Shown here piece after piece: positions 18,150 to 26,577 of a stretch of 49,988 nt of DNA; within the stretch, counting starts at the first letter, position 1, and every line of letters begins with the position of its first letter. The stretch comes from an uncultured Fibrobacterales bacterium. GTDB taxonomy: Bacteria; Fibrobacterota; Fibrobacteria; Fibrobacterales; CAWVXU01. The stretch lies in assembly GCA_963934255.1 (NCBI GenBank), contig CAWVXU010000009.1, positions 1 to 49,988 of the forward strand, given 5' to 3'. Both the position numbers and the translations under genes were made by a program. A model generated the notes under the pieces. That model did not search any database. It was not told the DNA's origin and saw only the letters and a list, made by a program, of their open reading frames with translations.

Positions 18150-19238
18150 ATGAATAACACTAATTTAGAAGAATTTACAGTTGGAAATAAATCAATCCTC
18201 GCTTTTCAAGAAGCGGGACTTTCCAATTCTGAAGCAATTAATAACCGTAGGGTGATTAATGGTCCAGATGATGGGCTTATGCAGGTTCATCCTTTGAAAC
18301 ACCCCTGGGCAGATGATTTTTTCAAAACAATGTTGAAAAACACTTGGATGCCATCTGAAGTCACCATGGGTAAAGATATTGAGATGTGGAATGACCCTAC
18401 AGCTCTGTCTGATGTAGAAAAACGTGTTTTTAAAAGATCACTTGCTTTTGTGTCCAATCTTGATGGTATACAAACAAACAACCTTGTGAACAACATGATG
18501 CGTCAGATTACTTCACCAGAAGTAAAACTTGTATTGGTGCGCCAAGCATTCGAAGAAGGCCTACATGTTCATTCATATGCAACCATGATAGAATCATTGG
18601 GTATGGATCCAGAAGAAATCTACGGTATGTACAAACAAGACATGGGGCTTTACGAAAAGAACCGTTACGTTTTACAGGCTGTATCTAAAATTTCTGACCC
18701 TAATTTCAAAACCGGTGACTTACAATCTGACCAAGCCTATTTAGAAGCTTGCGTAGGCAATGTTATTTTAGAAGGCATATACTTCTACTCAGCATTCCTT
18801 AACTTCTATGTTCTTACACGCAATAATAAAATGCCTTGTTCAGCAGCAATGATTCAGTTTATTAACCGCGACGAAGATATGCATTTGCAGATTTTTATCA
18901 AAATTGTAGAAGAAATCAAAAAAGAACAGCCAGAACTTTGGACTCCAGAGTTCCAAGAACGTATGCGCAAAAATGTGATCGGTGCAGTTGAGCATGAGCT
19001 TAGTTGGGGTGTTTCATGTATTGGTGAAGGTATCTTAGGGTTAAATCCAGATAACCTAAAAGAATATTTACAATTTGTCGGAGATGTTCGTCTTCAACAA
19101 GTTGGTCTACCTAAAGAGTGGCATTCGAAAAATCCATTCCCATGGATTGATGAATATACTCAAGGCTCAATGGTTGAAGTAAACTTCTTTGAAGGTACTG
19201 TTAAAGAGTATTCAGTAGGTTCACTAGATTGGGATTAA
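18150..19238 (+). CDS. nrdB: Class Ia ribonucleotide reductase beta subunit
   Basis: Metal ligands D (NLDGIQ), EEGLH, LEGIYFY and RDEDMH; radical Tyr present (HVHSY); NFFE...EY tail. Start moved from 18084 to the ATG at 18150 after GAGG. Confidence 0.96.
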   Translation: MNNTNLEEFTVGNKSILAFQEAGLSNSEAINNRRVINGPDDGLMQVHPLKHPWADDFFKTMLKNTWMPSEVTMGKDIEMWNDPTALSDVEKRVFKRSLAFVSNLDGIQTNNLVNNMMRQITSPEVKLVLVRQAFEEGLHVHSYATMIESLGMDPEEIYGMYKQDMGLYEKNRYVLQAVSKISDPNFKTGDLQSDQAYLEACVGNVILEGIYFYSAFLNFYVLTRNNKMPCSAAMIQFINRDEDMHLQIFIKIVEEIKKEQPELWTPEFQERMRKNVIGAVEHELSWGVSCIGEGILGLNPDNLKEYLQFVGDVRLQQVGLPKEWHSKNPFPWIDEYTQGSMVEVNFFEGTVKEYSVGSLDWD

Positions 19239-19269
19239 TTTTCCATTCTAAATTATGATTTCCTTTGAG

Positions 19270-19303
19270 AGTCACCTAAGTTTCGGCTTAGGTGACTTTT
19301 TTT
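19270..19303 (+). terminator. Rho-independent terminator after nrdB
   Basis: AGTCACCTAAGT-TTCG-GCTTAGGTGACT followed by a T run. Confidence 0.92.
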
Positions 19304-19361
19304 ATCCAAATGAGTAGTAAATAACAATTAAGAATTTTGGCTCTTTAGTAGCTTTGTCCTT

Positions 19362-20318
19362 ATGAAAAACACCATGCAAAATAAACCGTCCATTCAATCC
19401 AATCCTGAACAGGACACCAAAGAGTTTTATAAAGCTTTTATCTTAGTTGCCTTAGGGTCATTTTTGTTTAGCTCCAAAGCCATAATGATTAAGTTGACTC
19501 TTCCGCTTGTGCCAGAAGTAATTGAAGCCTTAGCGCTTCGCATGATGTTTGCATTACCCTTCTATCTATTTGTGGCAATACGCCAAGCTAAAGTATCCAA
19601 GGTCCCGATGTCCCGTAATCAATATTTACAAGTGATGGGATTAGGCTTTTTAGGATATTATCTTGCAAGCTATCTTGACTTCTATGGCCTTCAGTACGTG
19701 AGTGCGGGTACAGAAAGAATGTTGATTTATTTATTTCCCTCCTTTGTAGTTATTTTAAATGCCTTATTTTTTGGCAAACCTATACGCCCATATATGATTA
19801 AAGCATTGGCTTTGACATACTTTGGCATTTCAATGGTTTACTTCGGGGATGCAGATCTGTCACACCCTTTGGCCTGGCTTGGTGTTTGTGCAGTCGCATT
19901 AAGTGCCTTTGTATTTTCCTTTTTCTTAATTTGGAATAACCGTTTAATCCAAGAGATTGGAGCTGATCGATTTACGTCCCATGCTATGATATGGTCATCT
20001 ATACTTGTGGTGAGTCACTTCTTGATTATGGGTGAGCCTAGTAATGTCTTAGATTGGAATTTAGAAGTATTGATTTTAGGTTTTGCTTTGGGCTTATTTG
20101 GGACAGTATTACCGAGCATCTTTATCAATCGATCCATTGCTATTATTGGTTCAGATAAAATGGCGGTCTTGAGCATGATAGGACCGTTTGCCACTTTAGG
20201 TTTAGGCATAGTTATTCTCAATGAAACTGTTGGAATATTAGAAGCAATTGGATTTACTTTAGTTCTTGCGGGAGTCTATTGGATAAAAAAAGGAGGCGAT
20301 AAAGAGTCTAAAATATAA
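19362..20318 (+). CDS. DMT/EamA family transporter
   Basis: About 10 hydrophobic helices; FSSKAIMIK, GYYLASYLDFYGLQYVSAG.ER and ILNE motifs. Confidence 0.9.
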   Translation: MKNTMQNKPSIQSNPEQDTKEFYKAFILVALGSFLFSSKAIMIKLTLPLVPEVIEALALRMMFALPFYLFVAIRQAKVSKVPMSRNQYLQVMGLGFLGYYLASYLDFYGLQYVSAGTERMLIYLFPSFVVILNALFFGKPIRPYMIKALALTYFGISMVYFGDADLSHPLAWLGVCAVALSAFVFSFFLIWNNRLIQEIGADRFTSHAMIWSSILVVSHFLIMGEPSNVLDWNLEVLILGFALGLFGTVLPSIFINRSIAIIGSDKMAVLSMIGPFATLGLGIVILNETVGILEAIGFTLVLAGVYWIKKGGDKESKI

Positions 20319-20368
20319 TGCCTAGATCCCTTTCCAACCTCGTATTCATTGTGAGAAATTCATTACTA

Positions 20369-21763
20369 CTAACGGTCCTGCATTCTATTGATTCCGGATA
20401 TTGCAGCATATTTATAGGTTTCAGCTAGGGTTGGATAATTAAAGGTGTGATCCATAAAATAGTCTACAGTGCCACCAAGTTCCATGACGGCCTGTCCCAC
20501 GTGTAAGAGCTCAGTCGCATCTTCGCCGATAATATGGACCGAGAGTAGCTTCCTCGTATCTAGGTGGAAAACTAACTTAAGCATACCATCAAGCGCCCCT
20601 ATGATACTTCCTCTACTTGTATCCTTATAATAAGCTTTACCTACGCAGTATGGTATTTTAGCCTCAGTCAGCTGGCTCTCTGTTTGTCCTATAAATGAAA
20701 TTTCAGGAATTGTATAAATACCAATAGGAAGAGCAGGGCTAAAATCAGCTGTGTCTTCGCCTATGGCCCTATGTGCAGCAATTCGTCCTTGTTCAAAACT
20801 AGTTGAGGCAAGGGCGGGATGGCCAATAACATCACCAGCTGCGTAGATGTTTTTCTTTGAGGTTCTAAAGTTTTTGTCAACTTGAATCACACCACGAGAG
20901 TCAATTACTATCCCAAGTTTATCAATGCCAATTGCCGTTGAACAAACAGTTCTAAATGTGCAAAATGCAGCTATTTCACTCTTAATTACACGGCCACTGT
21001 CTAGTTGAGTTATGACGTGTCCATCACTAGTTTTGATACAACTAGTAACAGAGTCATTTAAACAAAATTGAACTTTTCTTGACTCAAGTTGATGAGTGAG
21101 ATTAGCTCGCAGTTCTCTGTCAACAAGTGAAAGAATATCATCTCGTCTTTCAACGACTGTTACCTTAACGCCAAGTACTGAGAAAATTGAAGCATATTCA
21201 CAACCAATAATCCCTCCTCCTACAATAGTCATTGAGCGTGGGAGGTTTTTCATTGTTAAAATAATATCAGTATAGAAAATTGATTCGCCATCATATTCGA
21301 TGTCATCACGTAAATGAGGTTTAGTGCCGGTGGCAATAATCGCTTTGTCAAATGAAATAGTTTGTATGACTTCACCCAAGACATTTTTGATGTATATATG
21401 ATGATTGTCTTTAAAAAAGCCGTACCCAGCAATGATGTCAACGTTGTTTTTTTTGAGTTGCCCTTCAATAGTGAGCACTTCATTATGTATAACCCAGTCT
21501 ACTCTTTTGACTAAATCTTCCATCGTCGGCTTTTTTCTGGTCAATGGTTCCACAAAACGAAGTCGATAGTCAGTTAGATGAATTGCTGCCTCTCTAAACG
21601 TTTTCGAAGGAACAGTGCCTCGATGAGTACAGATTCCCCCAATAAACTTAGGTTCAACCATAGCGACTTTTTTATTAAACTTTGCTGCTGCTAGCGCTGC
21701 TTTTTGACCAGCAGGGCCAGCACCAAGCACAAGTAGGTCATAAGCGTATTTTTTGGTTGGCAC
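20369..21763 (-). CDS. sthA: Soluble pyridine nucleotide transhydrogenase
   Basis: GAGPAGQKAA; GGICTHRGTVPSKTFREA (CxxxGT, single Cys); GGGIIGCEYAS; YAAGDVIG.P.LAS; GIYTIPEIS; FNYPTLAE.YK.AA. Confidence 0.9.
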   Translation of the reverse strand: MPTKKYAYDLLVLGAGPAGQKAALAAAKFNKKVAMVEPKFIGGICTHRGTVPSKTFREAAIHLTDYRLRFVEPLTRKKPTMEDLVKRVDWVIHNEVLTIEGQLKKNNVDIIAGYGFFKDNHHIYIKNVLGEVIQTISFDKAIIATGTKPHLRDDIEYDGESIFYTDIILTMKNLPRSMTIVGGGIIGCEYASIFSVLGVKVTVVERRDDILSLVDRELRANLTHQLESRKVQFCLNDSVTSCIKTSDGHVITQLDSGRVIKSEIAAFCTFRTVCSTAIGIDKLGIVIDSRGVIQVDKNFRTSKKNIYAAGDVIGHPALASTSFEQGRIAAHRAIGEDTADFSPALPIGIYTIPEISFIGQTESQLTEAKIPYCVGKAYYKDTSRGSIIGALDGMLKLVFHLDTRKLLSVHIIGEDATELLHVGQAVMELGGTVDYFMDHTFNYPTLAETYKYAAISGINRMQDR

Positions 21764-21810
21764 AAGAACCTCGTGGGTTTTAGTTCACCTTAGTATATCA
21801 CAATTTTTCT

Positions 21811-21850
21811 CAAAAAACAAAAAAACCAAAGAACAATCTTTGGTTTTTGT
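21811..21850 (-). terminator. Terminator after the sigma factor gene
   Basis: Plus-strand AAAAACCAAAGA-ACAA-TCTTTGGTTTTT; the minus-strand stem is followed by a long T tract. Confidence 0.7.
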
Positions 21851-21875
21851 TAAATCACCTGTGTTACGGGTATTT

Positions 21876-22685
21876 TTAGTTTGTGGCTTCGATATAGCCA
21901 TCAAATTTCTCTTTCAGAAATTCTTTTGATTTGGTTTTTCGAATTCTTCTCAGAGCCTGATCTCTTAATTGACGAACTCTTTCATGCGAAATATTCATTG
22001 ATTCTCCAACTTCTCGAAGAGTTTGCGGAGTAGAGTGATTAATCCCATAAAGACCTGATATCACAAGAGATTCTCTCAAAGGCAATTCATTGAGAATTTC
22101 TTTTGTCAACACTTCAACACTATGGACTTCGGCTTCAGCTTCAGGATTACTAGCAGATTCGTCGGCCAAGATTTCCGAGTAGGTTGTTTTTGAGTCACCT
22201 GCAAGAGGTTGGTCAAAAGAAACACCACGCTCACCTAGTTGGATCAATTCGCGGATATCTTCCGAGATTTCTTGACCCTTCGTCTTATCTTTTAATGCTT
22301 TTCGAACCCTCAAATGCTGATTTGCTGGAAGGCGAATTAGGTTGCCATTTTCATTAATAGCACGTGTGATATAAGCTTTGATCCACCAAACGGCATAAGA
22401 AATAAATTTCAAACCACGAGAATAGTCAAATGATTGAATAGCTCTGATGAGCCCCATTGAACCTTCGTTTACCAAGTCAGGTAAAGGGATTGGACATCCA
22501 CGGTATTGAAGTGCAACTTTTAAAACAAATCTCATATTGGCTGAGATTAGCTTTTGTCGAGCATGAGTGTTGCCTCGAGCATTGAGTTGAAATAACGATT
22601 GTTCTTCTTCGCGAGATAGCGGTTGTGTTTTACGAATATCTTCAAGATATCGTTTGAGTGTTTCATCATTTGAATCAAAGTTCAC
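21876..22685 (-). CDS. RNA polymerase sigma factor, RpoD/SigA-like family, lacking region 1.1
   Basis: YLEDIRK.QPLSREEE (region 1.2); NMRFV, DLVNEGSMGL and FISYAVWWI (region 2); TLREVG...S.ERVRQ (region 4.2). The GTG at 22685 follows an AAGGGG RBS; the ORF track start at 22724 is an alternative. Confidence 0.9.
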   Translation of the reverse strand: MNFDSNDETLKRYLEDIRKTQPLSREEEQSLFQLNARGNTHARQKLISANMRFVLKVALQYRGCPIPLPDLVNEGSMGLIRAIQSFDYSRGLKFISYAVWWIKAYITRAINENGNLIRLPANQHLRVRKALKDKTKGQEISEDIRELIQLGERGVSFDQPLAGDSKTTYSEILADESASNPEAEAEVHSVEVLTKEILNELPLRESLVISGLYGINHSTPQTLREVGESMNISHERVRQLRDQALRRIRKTKSKEFLKEKFDGYIEATN

Positions 22686-22740
22686 AAGAGCCCCTTTTAA
22701 TGAGTTTTGAAAATGAGATATCACTAAGATAAACTATAAT

Positions 22741-22770
22741 GTTGAAAGAAGTTGAAAGAAGTTGAAAGAA
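22741..22770. repeat. 10-bp direct repeat GTTGAAAGAA x3 in a divergent promoter region
   Basis: Three perfect adjacent copies. Confidence 0.95.
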
Positions 22771-22820
22771 AATAAAAAAAGGCAATAAATTTTTGAAAAC
22801 TCTAATTCTATATTTATGAG

Positions 22821-24020
22821 ATGGAAGCAAATTCAGTATTAATATTTTTAGTCCTTAGTGTCCTCGTCGCGCTGGTTGGCGGTTTGATTTTGGAAAGATT
22901 CAAACAACCTTCAGTCATCGGTTATATTCTGGCGGGCGTCGTTTTAGGTTCACTTTTCCCCGAGGTTCTGCCATCTGATGAGGCGGTGACTTTGGCTGGA
23001 GATTTTGGTCTTGTTTTCCTTTTATTTTTCGTAGGTACAGAAGCAAAGCTTGATCAGTTATTAGAAGACTGGAAAGTGTCTTTATTAGGTACTACTCTTC
23101 AAATAGTTTTAAGTGTTTTAGTTTGCTGGGGAGCAGGGCAATTATTTGATTGGGGATTTTCTCAAGCACTATTTTTCGGCATTTGTATCAGCTTAAGTTC
23201 AACTGCAGTTGTTTTAAAAATTTTAGAAGAATTTGGTGGCACATCATCGTTGATTGGACGTCAATCCCTTGGTATACTTCTAGTACAGGACCTGGCGGTG
23301 ATTCCTCTTTTGATATTATTTGCAATAAGTAATGGTAAATCAATTGAACCTTTTGTTTTAACTAAGCAAATTTTGGGTGGTGGAGTTATTACTGTACTGA
23401 CTATCTATATGAGTCAAAAAGGTCGCTTCAAAATACCACAGTGGCTCACTTCAAAAGAAAATGAAGACTTCCAAACTTTTACGTCAATTGTGCTTTGTTT
23501 AGGTGGAGCGCTCATCACTGGATGGTTAGAATTATCACCAGCTCTAGGTGCTTTTTTGGCAGGACTTTTAGTCGGTTCAATTGATGACGGTGATCAATTT
23601 ATCGCTCATTTAAAGTCATTTAAAGTTTTGTTTGTAGCGTTTTTCTTTGTGTCGGTTGGCTTAATATTTGACCTTAATTTTATTTTAGAAAACTGGGTAA
23701 TGGTTCTATCGATGAGTGTCATCGTGTTAGTTATAAACACTGCTTTGATGGGTGGAGTTTTAGTTTTGATGGGTGTTGATAGAATTACAGCATTAGTGAG
23801 TGGATGTTTATTGGCTCAAATTGGTGAATTTGCATTTTTATTCGCTGCTAATGCTCTAAAAACTGACATCATTTCTCAAGATATGTATCTACTCACAATT
23901 TCAGCGATTGTGGTATCCTTGATACTTTCACCCTTATGGTTAACTATTTCAAGAAAACTTTTACGAATCAGTATTGGACGCAGTGCAACTATTGCTTTTA
24001 AATCAATTGAGGTCGAATGA
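22821..24020 (+). CDS. Cation:proton antiporter, CPA2 (KefB/KefC-like) without a C-terminal KTN domain
   Basis: GYILAGV.LG, FLLFFVG.E, LSSTAVVLK, GILLVQDL, LGAFLAG, FFVSVG and LAQIGEFAF motifs. Confidence 0.9.
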   Translation: MEANSVLIFLVLSVLVALVGGLILERFKQPSVIGYILAGVVLGSLFPEVLPSDEAVTLAGDFGLVFLLFFVGTEAKLDQLLEDWKVSLLGTTLQIVLSVLVCWGAGQLFDWGFSQALFFGICISLSSTAVVLKILEEFGGTSSLIGRQSLGILLVQDLAVIPLLILFAISNGKSIEPFVLTKQILGGGVITVLTIYMSQKGRFKIPQWLTSKENEDFQTFTSIVLCLGGALITGWLELSPALGAFLAGLLVGSIDDGDQFIAHLKSFKVLFVAFFFVSVGLIFDLNFILENWVMVLSMSVIVLVINTALMGGVLVLMGVDRITALVSGCLLAQIGEFAFLFAANALKTDIISQDMYLLTISAIVVSLILSPLWLTISRKLLRISIGRSATIAFKSIEVE

Positions 24021-25963
24021 TTGATCTGAGCCTATTACCCAAATGTGGCCCCAAAAGAATAGATGCTTTAAAATCTTGTCAGTTTCAAAACACCCAAGAT
24101 TTAATTTCTAAAATTCCACGAAAGTATGAAGATCGTCGGTTTGTTACTCCCTTTGGAAAATGGGAAGATGGCGGTCTTGTCATATGTGGCGGGACTATTT
24201 CACACGTTGAATCTCATTCCTATCCGAAAGAGCGCCTACTCATTGAACTTGATGTTGAAAATGGTCCAAGTATCCAACTAGTGTTCTTTGGTAAAATGGG
24301 CGGCTTTATGGCCAAAAAATACACAGAAGGTAAAACAGTCACAGCTATTGGTCAAATTCAATTGTCTCGTGGATATCAAATGGTACATCCTGAATTAAGT
24401 CTTAAATCCATTCATAATTATAAAGGTGAATATCTTCCGGTTTATTCAATACCAGAACGCGTCAAGGACGCAGGAGTAAGTCAAAATCTTTGGACCTCAT
24501 GGGTAACTTTTATTTTAAAAACAAACTCCTATGTTCATTCCGACCCTTTAAGTCAGATTGAGAAGTCTCATTTTAATTTGATTGAGGTAGGTGAGTCACT
24601 CAAAAAAGTTCACCAGCCCAAAACTCCCACTGATGTTGCTCAAGGCTTAAGAAACCTTAAATACATGGAACTTATTCCCGTTGTCAAAGAGTGGATTCAT
24701 CGTCAAGGTCAAAGACGTTTAGTAGGCGAGTCCAACCCTGTTTCTTTGACTTCCATCGTTGGTGTCATTTCAAAGTTACCTTTTGAATTAACCAATGCTC
24801 AAAATATCACCCTCAATTCGTTGTTTGATGGTTTATCAAAAGATGGCCAATTTTCAGCTATATTACAAGCTGACGTGGGAGCTGGTAAGACGGTCATTGC
24901 TAATTTAAGCGCTCTAGCGGTGAGTCAATTTGCCGGCAGCCAGGTCGCCATTATGGCTCCTACTGAGGTACTTGCTCGACAACTCCACCAAGACTTAATT
25001 GAACTATCACAAGATCTCTGTGTGGATTACCTAAGTGGTTCAGTTAAAGGCCAATCCAGAGAAGAAGTCCTCATTCGTTTAAAATTAGGTGAAACAAAAA
25101 TTATAGTAGGAACTCATGCTCTTTTCCAAGCTTCAGTTGAGTTTCATCATTTGCGTTATGTGATTATCGATGAGCAACATCGCTTTGGAGTGAATCAACG
25201 AGAATCACTTTTAGCCAAGGGTGACAACCCCGATTTATTAATGATGACAGCTACACCTATACCAAGAAGCTTGCTTCAAACGGTTTATGGCGATCTTGAT
25301 GTCCTTACTATGAAGGGTAAGCCTCCGGGTCGCTTGGTCACCAAGACGCATATCGTTCCTGAATTAAAAAGAGCCGGGATGTTAGATTATCTTAAAAAAT
25401 ATCTTCAGAAAGATGGTCGTGTATATTGGGTAATGCCTAGGATTGAAAGTGATGAGCTTGCATCAGTAGAATCACGCGGCAAAGAACTTAAGCAATACTT
25501 CTCTGGCCATGAAGTTAAGACTCTTCACGGTAAACTTGGAGATGAAGACAAATTGAATCGACTATCCGAATTTAGAAATGGCGAAGTTCAGTTGTTGGTT
25601 GCTACAACTGTCATTGAGGTAGGTGTAAATATACCTGAAGCTAACATCATGTGCATTGAAAATGCGGAACAATTTGGCCTATCACAGCTACATCAGCTTA
25701 GGGGACGAGTGGGGCGGGGCGGAGAGCAATCATGGTGTTTTCTTATGTCCGAAAATGAAGAAGCAAAAGAAAGATTAGAACAATTTTGTGAAACTGATGA
25801 TGGATTTGAAATTGCAGAACTAGACCTAAAGCTCCGTGGAGCTGGCGATCTCAATGGATACTTACAATCTGGGATGTCACCTTTAAGGTTTGTTGATTAC
25901 CTGAACGACATTGGCTTTATTCAAGAGACAATTAAAAAAGTTTCTGAAATTCTTTCAAAGTAG
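24017..25963 (+). CDS. recG: ATP-dependent DNA helicase RecG
   Basis: QADVGAGKT, MAPTEVLARQ, IDEQHRFGV.QR, MTATPIPR, TTVIEVGV, GLSQLHQLRGRVGRG and DGFEIAELDL.LRG.G motifs. Confidence 0.95.
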   Translation: MIDLSLLPKCGPKRIDALKSCQFQNTQDLISKIPRKYEDRRFVTPFGKWEDGGLVICGGTISHVESHSYPKERLLIELDVENGPSIQLVFFGKMGGFMAKKYTEGKTVTAIGQIQLSRGYQMVHPELSLKSIHNYKGEYLPVYSIPERVKDAGVSQNLWTSWVTFILKTNSYVHSDPLSQIEKSHFNLIEVGESLKKVHQPKTPTDVAQGLRNLKYMELIPVVKEWIHRQGQRRLVGESNPVSLTSIVGVISKLPFELTNAQNITLNSLFDGLSKDGQFSAILQADVGAGKTVIANLSALAVSQFAGSQVAIMAPTEVLARQLHQDLIELSQDLCVDYLSGSVKGQSREEVLIRLKLGETKIIVGTHALFQASVEFHHLRYVIIDEQHRFGVNQRESLLAKGDNPDLLMMTATPIPRSLLQTVYGDLDVLTMKGKPPGRLVTKTHIVPELKRAGMLDYLKKYLQKDGRVYWVMPRIESDELASVESRGKELKQYFSGHEVKTLHGKLGDEDKLNRLSEFRNGEVQLLVATTVIEVGVNIPEANIMCIENAEQFGLSQLHQLRGRVGRGGEQSWCFLMSENEEAKERLEQFCETDDGFEIAELDLKLRGAGDLNGYLQSGMSPLRFVDYLNDIGFIQETIKKVSEILSK

Positions 25964-26291
25964 ATTGCAAAATGTTTTTGTCAATCGGCTTAGTGATAAA
26001 CTTCTTCATCCCTGCCTCGGCACAATCTTTCTGATTGTCTTCATTGACGTTTGCTGTCAAGGCGATGATAATAGCCTCAGTGTGGCGAGCTAGTATCTTT
26101 TTAGCTGAAGTGATTCCATCCATAATCGGCATTTGTATATCCATCAGGACAATCTGATGTACAGAGGGAGAAAATAATTCAACAGCTTCTTGGCCATTAT
26201 TTGCAATTTCACTGGAATATCCAAATTTTTGTAGCATTCTCACCATGATTTTTTGATTCATAGCGTTGTCTTCAACTAATAAAATATGCAT
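25932..26291 (-). CDS. Stand-alone response regulator receiver protein
   Basis: LLVEDN, LMDIQMP.MDG, ALTAN and TKP: all catalytic receiver residues are present. Confidence 0.9.
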   Translation of the reverse strand: MHILLVEDNAMNQKIMVRMLQKFGYSSEIANNGQEAVELFSPSVHQIVLMDIQMPIMDGITSAKKILARHTEAIIIALTANVNEDNQKDCAEAGMKKFITKPIDKNILQSTLKEFQKLF

Positions 26292-26341
26292 TTATCCCTC
26301 CGTTTTCTAAATCCTGCTTGAATTTATAAAAAAAGTCAAGT

Positions 26342-26575
26342 TTATATTTTTTTAATACCTCTATTTTGAAGCTCAATAAATAGAGTTTGCAAACCTAGTT
26401 TCTTCAGGTTAAATGGTTCAACGTTTAAGACTACCGAGCCCAAATTTTGTTGGTTAAGTTGTTTGATACACTCTTCAACAATAAGGGGAGTATCTCCTTG
26501 CCTTAAAGTTCGAGAATGAATTCGTACCAAATGAACAAGCTGAATAACATCTAAATCAAAGAGAGTTTGGCTCAA
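26342..26575 (-). CDS. Small hypothetical protein
   Basis: 77-aa ORF with a TTG start 2 nt after the topB stop; it fills the gap before the receiver gene. Confidence 0.5.
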   Translation of the reverse strand: MSQTLFDLDVIQLVHLVRIHSRTLRQGDTPLIVEECIKQLNQQNLGSVVLNVEPFNLKKLGLQTLFIELQNRGIKKI

Positions 26576-26577
26576 GA

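Noticed and set aside
18150..19238. Class Ic (Mn/Fe) or metal-free class Ie RNR beta subunit
   Set aside because: The Asp ligand, all Glu/His ligands and the radical Tyr are present, consistent with ordinary class Ia.
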